Numbered from the stretch's first letter, positions 1 to 10,578 are shown. The stretch is DNA of 64,000 nt from Bdellovibrionales bacterium (GCA_965116175.1 OZ220490.1:1283548-1347547), one strand, 5' to 3'. Notes: generated from the sequence alone by a model not told the origin. Numbers and translations are program-made.

Positions 1-417
1 GATAACTGGTCATGCAATTCCATGCATATCTTTAACTAACTTAGAAAAAATTATAATTCCAAATCCAAACAGAATAATTCAAAAAAGGATTTCTAAGAAA
101 ATAAAATGAGTAATTAGTTTAAGTCAAACTCAACATAAAGAAATGTTATCTATCAAAAAATACATAGAACTCACAAAACTAAATAGCTTAAATTGATTTA
201 ATTTCTTTCATTTTTTTTTGAGAAATTTTAGAAATATAAAAAATTTTTTCAACAAAAAAACTCTTTTGTAAAATCTTTACTGAAAATTTACGGGATACTC
301 TATTTAAGAAAAGTTATTGGAGTTATCAAAAGAATCTGAAAGGAGCGTTTTATTGGTTTTCTTGATTATTTTTGTGTTTTGAAGTATTGTTCTGCACAAG
401 ATTCTTTATTGACAATG

Positions 418-684
418 CTATTTACTTTTATCTTTGTCTATAGCCTCTAGGCATTTTATTATTTGATTCCTAAAACTATCAGGGTTATTAACATTATGCT
501 CTCTTATGAAATTTCTTTTTTGATTTTCTGTCATATTTTTCGTAGAAGGATCATTAGCCGTTTCTACCAACAAACTTTCATCCCTCTTAATAGAGGTGTT
601 TTTTTGATTATTCTCCTCTGCTGCAAAAGACAGTTCTGGACTGATAATTAAAAAAATAAGACATAACTTTATTATTATCGGCAT
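418..684 (-). CDS. small hypothetical secreted protein
   Basis: 88-aa ORF with a hydrophobic N-terminal leader (MPIIIKLCLIFLIISPELSFA) followed by a polar Asn/Lys/Glu-rich tail. No family recognised. Confidence 0.3.
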   Translation of the reverse strand: MPIIIKLCLIFLIISPELSFAAEENNQKNTSIKRDESLLVETANDPSTKNMTENQKRNFIREHNVNNPDSFRNQIIKCLEAIDKDKSK

Positions 685-1071
685 ATTTACATCTGGCTAA
701 GAATTATTTTTTCCTTTTGCTTATGTCCCGGTTGTATTTTTAATAATTATAGGAAATACTTAATTCACTAACCCCTCTCTTTAGAAAAAAGTATGATTAA
801 GGAACTCACTTCTTTTAAAGTTAACTGTTGTTTTGTATATTTCATTAATATGATGTTGACTTTAGCATAGCCCTAATGAACCACAAATAGAACAAGATTT
901 GATCTATGACACAGTTTAGAATAAACGAGTTATTCAATATTGAATTCAATTTTACAAAATCTGGCAATAGGAATAAATCCACCCCCCCCCTATTATTTTG
1001 TCCTGTTTTATATTCATCCTATAATAAATTTATATAGACCTCATACTCTGTTTTTTATACAATTCTTCATA

Positions 1072-2259
1072 ATGTCTGAGCAAAAAAGTTTTTCTCTTTT
1101 TAACCCCAGCTCTGAGCATAAAGCGCTTAGAGATATGACAGCTGACTTTGTTCAAAAAGAAGTGGAGCCTCAAGCTTTGGAATTTGACAAAAAAGAACAG
1201 TTTAATTTGAATTTGTTTCGCAAATTAGGCTCCTTGGGCTTGCTCGGCCTTCTTGTAGGAGAAGAAAGGTTTGGCGGTTCTGGCATGGACTTAACAGCTA
1301 TGGTTTTGGTTCATGAGGAGTTAAGCCGCTCTGATCCCGGTTTTTGTCTGACTTATTTAGCTCATAGTGTTTTATGCAGCTATAATATCTATAGAAACGC
1401 CGGTAAAGAGCAAAAACAAATGTGGCTCCCCGGCTTATGCAGTGGTGAAAAGATTGGAGCTATGGCTATGTCTGAACCTAACTGCGGCACTGATGCTCTC
1501 GCTATGAAAACCAGAGCCACTAAAAAAGGAAACAAATACATTTTAAATGGTCGAAAAATGTGGATCACTAATGGAGCTGTCAATCATCAAAAAGAGCCTT
1601 GTGATTACTGCTTGCTCTATGCCAAAACTGGAGATAAAATTTCTACTTTCCTGGTAGAAAAAGGATTTAAAGGTTTTTATGTTGGTCAAAAAATTGAAGA
1701 TAAACTGGGCATGCGGGCTTCCAACACAGCAGAGTTGGTTTTTGATTTCTGTGAAGTTCCCGAAAGTCATTTGATAGGGGCTGAGGGAGACTCCCTTATT
1801 CACATGATGAAAAACCTTGAAGTGGAGAGATTGGCTCTTGCCTCCATGTCATTGGGTATTGCCGGCAGAGCTCTAACAATTATGAATAAGTATGCTTCTG
1901 AAAGGAAATCCTTTAAAAAAAGGATTCGCTCTTTTGGTCAAATTCAAAAACATATTGCAAAAAGTTATTCAGAATATCAGGCCATTCGGGCCTATATATA
2001 CAGTACAGCTAGAAAAATAACAGACCAGCCCTCACAAAATCATAGATTAGACTGCGACAGCGCAAAACTCTTGGCTGGAGAGGTAGGAAAAAACATAGCT
2101 GACAGAGCCATACAAGTTCTTGGAGGCTATGGCTATGTGGGAGAGTATATTGTAGAAAGGCTTTGGAGGGACGCTAAACTCTTGGAAATTGGCGGAGGAA
2201 CAAATGAAGCTTTGGAAAAAAACATAACAGGGGACCTTAAGGGTGTAGATCTTGTCTAA
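1072..2259 (+). CDS. acyl-CoA dehydrogenase (isovaleryl-CoA dehydrogenase-like)
   Basis: The track ORF is 940..2259; the ATG at 1072 (MSEQKSF) is the plausible start. ACAD motifs: MSEPNCGTDA, KMWITNG, QVLGGYGYVGEYIVERLWRDAKLLEIGGGTNE (IVD-like EIGxGT). Confidence 0.9.
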   Translation: MSEQKSFSLFNPSSEHKALRDMTADFVQKEVEPQALEFDKKEQFNLNLFRKLGSLGLLGLLVGEERFGGSGMDLTAMVLVHEELSRSDPGFCLTYLAHSVLCSYNIYRNAGKEQKQMWLPGLCSGEKIGAMAMSEPNCGTDALAMKTRATKKGNKYILNGRKMWITNGAVNHQKEPCDYCLLYAKTGDKISTFLVEKGFKGFYVGQKIEDKLGMRASNTAELVFDFCEVPESHLIGAEGDSLIHMMKNLEVERLALASMSLGIAGRALTIMNKYASERKSFKKRIRSFGQIQKHIAKSYSEYQAIRAYIYSTARKITDQPSQNHRLDCDSAKLLAGEVGKNIADRAIQVLGGYGYVGEYIVERLWRDAKLLEIGGGTNEALEKNITGDLKGVDLV

Positions 2260-2329
2260 GGAATTAATATAATGATCCTGTTTCAAACAGGAGGGGTATA
2301 TTTGTTAAAAAAACATTTTGGAAAAGTTT

Positions 2330-3067
2330 ATGGCTAATATCAAATTTAATTTTTCCGGAAAACGGGCTCTTATAACAGGCGGTGGTCAAGGTATTGGCAA
2401 AAAAATAGCTGAAAATTTTTTATCTGCCGGCGCTGAAGTGATTGTTTGGGAGTATTCCTCAAAAAATTTGGAAACACTAAAAAGTCTTTCGTCAAAATTG
2501 ACAGCAGAAAAAGTGGATGTTTCATCCAAAGAAAGTTGTATGAAGGCCGTGGAATCTTTAAAAGGGCATATAGATTTCCTAATCAATAATGCTGGTATTT
2601 TAAAAGATCGCAGTCTTTCTAAAATGACATGGGAGGAATACTCTGCTGTTATTCAAACAAACCTCAATGGTGTATTTTTTGTCACAAAATCTTTGCTTAA
2701 TTCCTTTAATAAGGATTCCTTCTTTAAAAGAATCGTAAATCTTTCAAGCCTTGTCGCCCTTCATGGCAATTTTGGCCAAAGCAATTATGTAGCCGCTAAA
2801 GCGGGTGTTATAGGACTTACAAAAGTTTGGGCCAGAGAGCTGGGGCGAAAAGGTTTTACTGTAAATGCCATAGCCCCAGGCTTTGTTGATACAGATATTC
2901 TAAAAAATATACCTGAAGAGGTAAGAGAAAGTTTTATCAAAAAAATTCCTGTGGGGCGTATAGGAAAAGTGGAGGATATTTCCAAAACCTGTTTATTTCT
3001 CTGTTCTAAAGAGGCTGACTATATCAATGGAGCTGTCATAGAGGTCAGTGGCGGAGTTTCCGTTTAA
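2330..3067 (+). CDS. short-chain dehydrogenase/reductase, FabG-like 3-oxoacyl reductase
   Basis: Contains TGGGQGIGK, NNAG, the S...YVAAK catalytic set and PGFVDTD. The ATG at 2330 (MANIKF) is preferred over the track start. Confidence 0.88.
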   Translation: MANIKFNFSGKRALITGGGQGIGKKIAENFLSAGAEVIVWEYSSKNLETLKSLSSKLTAEKVDVSSKESCMKAVESLKGHIDFLINNAGILKDRSLSKMTWEEYSAVIQTNLNGVFFVTKSLLNSFNKDSFFKRIVNLSSLVALHGNFGQSNYVAAKAGVIGLTKVWARELGRKGFTVNAIAPGFVDTDILKNIPEEVRESFIKKIPVGRIGKVEDISKTCLFLCSKEADYINGAVIEVSGGVSV

Positions 3068-3703
3068 TTATTCTTTATTTTCCAATTATTGGAAATTCTC
3101 AAAGACTGGAAATACGATTTTGACCATGAAAAGAAAAAGAAACTTACAAACGCTCTCTATAATTTGTTAACACAAAAAAACTCCTCGTCCTATAAAAAAA
3201 ATATAATACTATAGGTGAATGGGAAATTTACTGGCTCATTTTGAAAAAATAAAAAAACTATGGAGGAACTTAAAAAGTCTTTTTTAGATTTTTTGACATA
3301 GCATATAAAATGTCTGTTTGTTAAGCAGATTGTAAAAAAATGTCTCACTTATAAAAGCCAAAAACTTTCTAAAAATTAAATTTTTTTCAATAATTTTGTA
3401 AAATTTTCAAATTTTTCATTTTATTTTGGACTTTTTTTTTTTTATGTTATTTAGTCAGTCTTACATGAAGTTTAACTTCATTAAAATTTTATAAAATGCT
3501 GACAAAAGTTAGACAAATTAACAACAGTCGGGCAAATCAAAAAAAATTTTAAAACTTATTTTATAGAGAACTCATAAATGGATTTTTCTCTAAAAGTATG
3601 TCCTGGTAAAGGCATTCTAAAGATGATTGCCGACTCAGAAAGTTATTCTTTATGGATTTTAACTGTCATTTAGGGTTAGCTTTAACGAAAGGAGACAAAC
3701 ATC

Positions 3704-4417
3704 ATGAAAAACGGGAAAAAGATATACAAAGCCAATGCTGTTCTTATTCTAAACAAACCAAGCGTAATTACAGAAAATAATTTCTATATGGAGGTTTTTC
3801 GTATTCCAGAAGTTTTAAACCGACTCAGACAATATAGAGAAATTTTAAATGAAAATGATATACACATTCCTATCTGGGTGTATTGTCTTACTCAAAACAT
3901 CAAAAATCTTATGGGCAACCCTCAACCCTTTGTTTTAAGTTTTTTAATTAACTTGGGGCTTTTTGACCGCTATGTAGGGAGAAATGGTTGGCCCTCTTAC
4001 ATCATTGGTTCCGATCCTTTAATATCTCTTATTGCGGGTGAAATCTCATTTGAAGAGCAAATTCTTTTATTAACCAATGGTTATTGTCATGAAAGTGGAT
4101 TATTCCAACTTTATCAAGCCAATTCCTATTACAACAATCAAACAGGTTCTTTTTGCCTTACAAACTTAAAGCGTAGAAACAAGGGAAACTCTATAAAAGA
4201 AATCTCCACAAATTTAATACAAAAAAATGAGAGCTGGACAGATTGGAATTTTCAATTGCTTTCCCCTCATGATGAGGATTTTATGGATAATTTAAATTCT
4301 TTTGGAATTTTCCCTAAAGACTTTTTGGAATGGGATCAGGATTTAAAATGGCTTTGGCCAATATGGAAAAAAACCCAAATACAGTATATCAAAAAAAGAT
4401 CTGCCCAAATTTGCTAA
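3704..4417 (+). CDS. hypothetical protein, possibly a degenerate FabD-like acyltransferase fold
   Basis: 237-aa ORF with GGAG-type RBS (aaaggagacaaacatcATG). By eye, PQPFVLSFLINLGLF...PSYIIGSDPLISLIAGEISFEEQILLL parallels FabD QPALL...GHSLGEYSALVxAGxxxFxDAxxLV, but the GHSLG motif is degenerate. Confidence 0.4.
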   Translation: MKNGKKIYKANAVLILNKPSVITENNFYMEVFRIPEVLNRLRQYREILNENDIHIPIWVYCLTQNIKNLMGNPQPFVLSFLINLGLFDRYVGRNGWPSYIIGSDPLISLIAGEISFEEQILLLTNGYCHESGLFQLYQANSYYNNQTGSFCLTNLKRRNKGNSIKEISTNLIQKNESWTDWNFQLLSPHDEDFMDNLNSFGIFPKDFLEWDQDLKWLWPIWKKTQIQYIKKRSAQIC

Positions 4418-4432
4418 ATGCAGCCTGAAAAC

Positions 4433-7399
4433 TCAAATAGGTTCATTATCCTCTCCCTCTAAAATAGGGGGACAGGAGCAAAAGGGGTTAATATCTCCAA
4501 AAGCATTCTCTATCCGTGAAACAGGAGGCCAGAATTTTCTCTCCTGAACCCAAGACAAAGGATAAAAGGCCTGCTGTTTGGAATAGGCAAAAGGCCACTG
4601 ATCCAGAAGAGCATCCTCCAAAGTGTGAGGAGCATTTTTAAGGATTGAATTCTTACTTCTATCTCCCTCCGCCTGCCTTATCTCCTTTCTTATGGAGATA
4701 AGACTTGAACATAGTTTATCCACTTCTTTTTTGCTCTCACTCTCGGTTGGCTCAATCATTAAAGTCCCAGGCACAGGCCAGGACATTGTAGGGGCATGAA
4801 AACCATAATCCATCAAACGCTTGGCTACATCATCCACTGTGATATCCGCTGAGTTTTTAAATTTTCTCAAATCAATAATACACTCATGAGCCACCCGTTT
4901 ATTTTTGCCGGAAAAAAGAATCCGATAATGGGGTTTTAATTTTTCAGCTATATAATTGGCATTGGCTATAGCTGTTTGTGCTGACTTTCTTAACCCTTCC
5001 AACCCCATAAGTTTTATATAAAACCATGAAACAACAAGTATCCCTGCACTCCCATAAGGAGCAGAGCTTAAAGCCCCCACTTTTGTTTTTTCCCTAAAAA
5101 GAAAATGGTTTGGTAAAAAATCTTTTAATGCTTTACTGACACCTACAGGACCCACTCCAGGCCCCCCTCCCCCATGAGGAATACAAAAAGTTTTATGCAA
5201 ATTCAAATGACAAACATCAAAACCTAAGCTTGCTGGCTTACATAGCCCAAGCAGGGCATTCATATTAGCTCCATCCAAATAAACCAAACCTCCTTTATTA
5301 TGAATTTTATGACAAATACTCTTCATCCCCTCTTCAAAAAAACCATAAGTTGAAGGGTATGTGATCATAATGGCCGCTAAGCTTTTCCCATAAAAATTTA
5401 ACTTGTATTCCAAATCTTTTTTATCAATCAAACCTTCCTTTGTACATTTAAGAGGAACAACTTTAAATCCCGCCATGACAGCGCTGGCGGGATTTGTCCC
5501 ATGAGCGGAAGAGGGAATAAGACAAATATTTCTATGAGATTCGTTCTCTGATTCATGATATTTTTTAATTGCTAAAAGCCCGGCATATTCCCCTTGAGAA
5601 CCGGCATTGGGCTGAAAGGAAAAAGCCTTAAAACCTGTAATTTCACAAAGCTGTTCCTCCAACTCTTTGATAAGTTCTCTATAACCATTACTTTGTTCAA
5701 CAGGAACAAATGGATGAATTTCAGAAAATGCCGGCCAACTTATAGGGCTTAACTCTGAAGCAGCATTTAACTTCATGGTGCAAGATCCAAGAGGAATCAT
5801 AGAATGCGCTAAAGACAATTCCTTATTTTGTAATCTATGTATATAGCGCAATAGCTCTGTTTCAGAATGATAGGAGTTAAAAACAGGGTGAGTAAGATAA
5901 GGACTCGTCCTTAAACAGCTTTCAGGGATAGATTGATAGCCGCTTTGACTATTAGCTTTAAATCGACCATCTTCAAAAACAACCTGATGTCTGTCTGATT
6001 TTTGCTGGATTAACTTTTCCTTAAATGCAGAAGTTTTAATAAGAGTTTTTTCTAAAATGTTTTGAATTTGAGCAATATCCTTTTCTGTGCTGGTTTCATC
6101 AAGAGTAAAAGAAAACTTATTTTCACTAGAAAAACCCAAGTTAATCTGCTCTTTCTGAAAAGCAGAATAAATTTTTAAAGCCAGCTCTTTTGAAGCAAGC
6201 TCCCATTCTAAAGTATCAAAAAAAGTGTTATTGATATTTTTTGTCTCTTTAAAATTTTTAAGAACAGCATAAAGTTTTTTCGCAAGAGCATTAATTCTTA
6301 AAGCTATCCTCTTTAAACCTTCTGGACCATGATAGACAGCATAAAAACTGGACATGACAGCTAACAAAGCCTGAGCGGTGCATATATTGCTTGTGGCTTT
6401 TTCCCTTCGTATATGCTGTTCTCTTGTTTGGAGGCTCAGCCTGTAAGCCTGTTTTTTATGTCTGTCTTTTGAAACGCCGACAATCCGTCCGGGAATGAGG
6501 CGAATAAACTTTTTCCTCGTTGCAAAAAAAGCGGAGTGAGGCCCTCCAAAAAACAAAGGCAGACCAAAATTTTGAGAAGAGCCTACCACAACATCCGCAC
6601 CCATCTCCCCTGGAGCTTTTAATAATGTGAGGCTTAAAAGATCCGTGGCAACAATACTAAGACAGTTGTCTAAAGCTATGTCTTTTAAAAAAGATTCTAT
6701 GTTTTTTATAGAACCTCCAGAGTTGGGATACTGAAGGATAACAGCAAAATAACTCTTCCCGGCTTTAAAACTTTCAAAATCCCCTGTTATCATCTCCCAG
6801 CCCAAGGCTTCACTGCGGGTTTTTAAAACATCAAGGCTTTGAGGAAAAAGCCTGGAATCTACAAAAAACTTTTTGGCCTGTGCTTTATTTTCATTAGCAT
6901 TTTTAGCCAAGGCCAGAGCTTCAGCCAAAGCTGTGCCTTCATCCAAAAGAGAGGCATTGGCTATTTCCATCCCTGTTAAATCTACAACCATTGTTTGAAA
7001 ATTCAAGAGAGCCTCAAGTCGTCCTTGAGCCAGTTCTGCCTGATAAGGTGTGTAGGAGCTATACCAAACAGGATTTTCCAAAATGTTCCTTTGTATAACC
7101 GCCGGTATGATAGAAGGCTTATAACCCATCCCAATATAGGACTTAAAATTTTTATTTTTATCTGCCTTGATTTTTATTTCTTTTAAAACCTCCTGCTCTG
7201 TTAAAGGAGAGGGGAGTGAAAATTTATCCTGATTGTAAATTTCATCCGGCAGAGTGTTTTGCATCAAATCTTCTAAAGAAGAAACATTTAGAGTTTTCAG
7301 CATTTGTGACATTTCAGATTTTGAAAGACCAATATGCCTTTTTATAAAGTTGTCTTGAACTGGTTTCTCTTTTTTAGGATAAGGCTTGTTTTTTGACAT
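4433..7399 (-). CDS. gcvP: glycine dehydrogenase (decarboxylating), single-chain P-protein
   Basis: 988 aa. Contains YTPYQAELAQGRLEALLNFQ, PLGSCTMKLN and the PLP-lysine context NLHKTFCIPHGGGGPG. Confidence 0.95.
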   Translation of the reverse strand: MSKNKPYPKKEKPVQDNFIKRHIGLSKSEMSQMLKTLNVSSLEDLMQNTLPDEIYNQDKFSLPSPLTEQEVLKEIKIKADKNKNFKSYIGMGYKPSIIPAVIQRNILENPVWYSSYTPYQAELAQGRLEALLNFQTMVVDLTGMEIANASLLDEGTALAEALALAKNANENKAQAKKFFVDSRLFPQSLDVLKTRSEALGWEMITGDFESFKAGKSYFAVILQYPNSGGSIKNIESFLKDIALDNCLSIVATDLLSLTLLKAPGEMGADVVVGSSQNFGLPLFFGGPHSAFFATRKKFIRLIPGRIVGVSKDRHKKQAYRLSLQTREQHIRREKATSNICTAQALLAVMSSFYAVYHGPEGLKRIALRINALAKKLYAVLKNFKETKNINNTFFDTLEWELASKELALKIYSAFQKEQINLGFSSENKFSFTLDETSTEKDIAQIQNILEKTLIKTSAFKEKLIQQKSDRHQVVFEDGRFKANSQSGYQSIPESCLRTSPYLTHPVFNSYHSETELLRYIHRLQNKELSLAHSMIPLGSCTMKLNAASELSPISWPAFSEIHPFVPVEQSNGYRELIKELEEQLCEITGFKAFSFQPNAGSQGEYAGLLAIKKYHESENESHRNICLIPSSAHGTNPASAVMAGFKVVPLKCTKEGLIDKKDLEYKLNFYGKSLAAIMITYPSTYGFFEEGMKSICHKIHNKGGLVYLDGANMNALLGLCKPASLGFDVCHLNLHKTFCIPHGGGGPGVGPVGVSKALKDFLPNHFLFREKTKVGALSSAPYGSAGILVVSWFYIKLMGLEGLRKSAQTAIANANYIAEKLKPHYRILFSGKNKRVAHECIIDLRKFKNSADITVDDVAKRLMDYGFHAPTMSWPVPGTLMIEPTESESKKEVDKLCSSLISIRKEIRQAEGDRSKNSILKNAPHTLEDALLDQWPFAYSKQQAFYPLSWVQERKFWPPVSRIENAFGDINPFCSCPPILEGEDNEPI

Positions 7400-7977
7400 T
7401 TTGTTTTAAATCATTGGGGGTTTGAATTAATAAAGATAACAGTTTCATTCCACTTAGTTGATCCCGAAAAAACATAATTTTTTTAATATTCACAATGTTT
7501 AAGAAACACCTCATCTTTATTAACGGATTGCCGCTAAAAAAAGCAATCTTAAAGATATATTTGCTGCATAAAAAATAAAGTGTCTAAACCGTCCTTTTGA
7601 AGGATATGTATAATTTTTTAACATTTGCAAGGATTTTCTTTCTTATCAATTCTATCTATAAAAAAAGTTTATGTTAAAACTATTAAAACAAATGCAAGTG
7701 GTTTTAAATCCTTTAAGTCCTTTAAACAATAGAAGACTATATTCCTATTTGTCTTTTGACAGCTATAGCCAATAAAATAATAAAAATACGGATTTTTACT
7801 TGATAAGCTAATTATTGACTAACTTTGAAAGTTTAATTTTGTAAAACTTTCATTAAATCCATAAAAAGTTGACATAAAAGACTTATTCTTTTTAAAATCC
7901 TCAACTAAGCTGGTTTTTTTATAAGTTTTAATCATTGAAATTTGGATTTTATTTTATTTAAACACCTGCAAAGAAGG

Positions 7978-8751
7978 ATGTTCACATTGAAAAAAATAAT
8001 AATCTTTGTTTGTTTCTTATTGCCCTTTATATCAGAAGCTATAAAACCAGAAACTATAGAGCTAAAAGCTATAGAACCAGAAGCTGTTCAAATAGGAATG
8101 CCTGAACCTTCAGATCCTTGTCACAACAGCATTATTTCCTTCAAAAAAACTTCTAATCTAAATTTTTCATTTCAAAGAAGAAATCTATCTGATAAAGACA
8201 TTCAGGATCTGATAGATTTAGCAACAACAAAACTCTTTAAAACAGAATTTCGCACCACAGGAGAACTTGATTTACAGTGGAAAAATAAAATATTGGAAAA
8301 CGCCTCTAAAATGAGTCCTAGTCAAACAGTTACAATTATACACAATATTACAGAACTCTACAAATATAGTAATTCTAGGGCTAACGTATCTCAACTGATT
8401 GAAAAGTTCTTACAGTCCCTGCTTCAAGAAACAATACCAAATCTTGAAACCTTTGATAAATATCAACTTATAGATATACTTTGGCCATTTAGATATTTAA
8501 GTATTAAAGTCCAACCTGAAATTATGACCACTTCCAAATCTGAAATTATACCCACTTCTGAATCTGAAATTGCAGCCACTTCCGGATCTAAACTTGACCC
8601 TGACATTGATTTCGTTAAAACATGGAATAAAGTTGCTAAAAGAAAAAAGTATACACCGGACGAAATCTCATACCTCAGACAGCTTTTTAAAGATCTCAAG
8701 ATTACTTCAGAATACAATTACAAAAATGGAGCTTTAAATGGAGGGGGTTAA
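7978..8751 (+). CDS. hypothetical secreted protein with internal short repeats
   Basis: ATG at 7978 follows agaagga. Signal-peptide-like MFTLKKIIIFVCFLLPFISEA. Internal repeats IKPETIE/LKAIEPEA and TTSKSEII/PTSESEIA/ATSGSKL. No family recognised. Confidence 0.5.
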   Translation: MFTLKKIIIFVCFLLPFISEAIKPETIELKAIEPEAVQIGMPEPSDPCHNSIISFKKTSNLNFSFQRRNLSDKDIQDLIDLATTKLFKTEFRTTGELDLQWKNKILENASKMSPSQTVTIIHNITELYKYSNSRANVSQLIEKFLQSLLQETIPNLETFDKYQLIDILWPFRYLSIKVQPEIMTTSKSEIIPTSESEIAATSGSKLDPDIDFVKTWNKVAKRKKYTPDEISYLRQLFKDLKITSEYNYKNGALNGGG

Positions 8752-8880
8752 GATATTCCTTAATTTGAAGCTGATTCTTTCTTAACCTCTTGCTTAAAAC
8801 TCATAAACTCTTTTATTTCTTAGATAGATAGAGATAAAAAAGGGAACTTTAAAGACAACCTAAAGATAGGTTTTCTCGCT

Positions 8881-10470
8881 TCATTTTTTCTCTTTGGATA
8901 AAAACAGATGATAAAATCTTTCTGAGCCAAAAGGCTTTATGACATAACCTTTAACTCTTGGTGAAAGGGCTACATATTTATAGGCATGAGCAATGGGAAT
9001 AAGAGGAATATCCTGATTAAAAACAACCTGCGCTTTTTTATAAAGCTGTTCCGCTTTTTTCTGACTGGCTGTGATCATAGCCTTCACAATAAATTGATCA
9101 TATTTTTTGTTACACCACCGGGATAAATTGGAGCCTGAGGCAATAGCGTCACAAGTTAACAGAATCTGCAGAAAATTACTGGGGTCAGCAATATCCGCCG
9201 ACCAGCCCAACTGAATCATTTCATGCTCCCCCTGAGAGCTTTTAGCCAGATAAGTCGGCCAATCATAAGTGACAAGCTGGACAGATATACCCACTTTTTT
9301 TAAATCCGCCTGCATCAGCTCCCCCATTTTTTTCCCATTAGGATTGTAGGGGCGGGAAACAGGAAGCGTCCAAAGCTTCACTTTGAAGCCTTTTTCAAAA
9401 CCGGCAGACTTTAAAAGCTGTTTGGCTTTTTCAGGATTGTACTCTGGAAGCCTGACTTTTGAGTTGTGCCCCCAAAGAGCCGGAGGGACAGGGGTATCCA
9501 AAGTTTCAGCAAGCCCTTTGTAAATGGCTGAAATATAAAGCTTTCGGTTAAGGGCATGGGCAATGGCCTTACGGACTTTTTTATTATTTAAAGGGGCTTT
9601 TGAAGTATTCATAGAGAGATAACCTAGATTGTGATCCATTCCCTCCATAACACGAATGTTTTTATGCTTTTTCATAGCAGGGACATCTGTTGGCTGAGGC
9701 TTAGCTGAAAAATGACATTCCCCTCTTTTAAGCTTTTGAAAACGAACACTGGGATCAGGTGTTATAGAAAAAACAATTCTCTTCAGTTTTGCAGGGCCAA
9801 GGTAATAATTTTCATTTCTCTTATAACGAATAAGATTCCCTTTAACATATTTTTCCAAAATAAAGGGGCCTGTTCCCACAGGCTCAAAATCTATCTTTCC
9901 CGCCTGCTTCTTCTCTAAAAGAAAATCAGCATACTCTTTGGACAAAATAACAGCAAACTCCATAGCCATAATTTTAGGAAATAACAGCATTGGTTTTTTT
10001 AAAACAAATTGAACTATGTAATCATTAACTTTTTTTAGGGCCACAATTTGATTGTGTAAATCAAGAGACTGAAAAAACTTATAGCCTCCGCCGTTTATAC
10101 TGTAAAAAGAATGCTTTTTGTTTTTTTGCCGATTGAAAGAGAACAAAACATCATCCGCATTAAAAGGACGTGAAGGTTTAAAGCCTCCTCTGGGGTAAAA
10201 CTGAACATTTTTTCTTAAATGAAATGTATAGGTTTTTTTATCTTTGGAGAGAGTCCATTTTTTTGCCAAACCAGGAATCAGCTTTTTCCCTTCAAGATCA
10301 AATTCCATAAGACGGCTGTAAAGCAAATTACTGGCATCAAAGGCGGAACCGCTGAGAGACATTTGAGGGTTAAAGTAATCCGGACTGGCCTCAGAACAGT
10401 AAATTAAAGTTTCACAAACAGAAAAACCAGGAATTAAAAAAAGAGCTACGCTTAAAAATATACTTTTCAT
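8881..10470 (-). CDS. ABC transporter substrate-binding protein, family 5 (peptide/nickel, DppA/OppA-like)
   Basis: 529 aa with a signal peptide. The overall pattern is typical of SBP_bac_5 (ASPDYFNPQ, WTLSKDKKTYTFHLRKNVQF, GPF.. region). Confidence 0.85.
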   Translation of the reverse strand: MKSIFLSVALFLIPGFSVCETLIYCSEASPDYFNPQMSLSGSAFDASNLLYSRLMEFDLEGKKLIPGLAKKWTLSKDKKTYTFHLRKNVQFYPRGGFKPSRPFNADDVLFSFNRQKNKKHSFYSINGGGYKFFQSLDLHNQIVALKKVNDYIVQFVLKKPMLLFPKIMAMEFAVILSKEYADFLLEKKQAGKIDFEPVGTGPFILEKYVKGNLIRYKRNENYYLGPAKLKRIVFSITPDPSVRFQKLKRGECHFSAKPQPTDVPAMKKHKNIRVMEGMDHNLGYLSMNTSKAPLNNKKVRKAIAHALNRKLYISAIYKGLAETLDTPVPPALWGHNSKVRLPEYNPEKAKQLLKSAGFEKGFKVKLWTLPVSRPYNPNGKKMGELMQADLKKVGISVQLVTYDWPTYLAKSSQGEHEMIQLGWSADIADPSNFLQILLTCDAIASGSNLSRWCNKKYDQFIVKAMITASQKKAEQLYKKAQVVFNQDIPLIPIAHAYKYVALSPRVKGYVIKPFGSERFYHLFLSKEKK

Positions 10471-10578
10471 TAATTCATCCTTTGTTTAAAATGTTTTAAA
10501 TTGACAGCCCACTCTGCTTGAATATTTAATTATAAAAACAATCTTGCTCTATGTCCAATAATTCTTAATAAAATGGTT

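Noticed and set aside
940-1071. N-terminal extensions in the ORF track (940, 2318, 7942, 12501, 34202, 41227, 45571, 56682, 62031, 62122)
   Set aside because: The extensions run through promoter-like, repeat or poly-C sequence. They have no homology to the respective families. They are followed by an internal ATG with a better RBS or signal peptide, which was used in the feature table instead.
7400-7660. Possible glycine riboswitch in the gcvP leader (minus strand)
   Set aside because: Neither strand shows the conserved GGAGAG...ACCGAAGGGGCAA-type cores. The region is plain AT-rich DNA. An Infernal scan with RF00504 would settle it.
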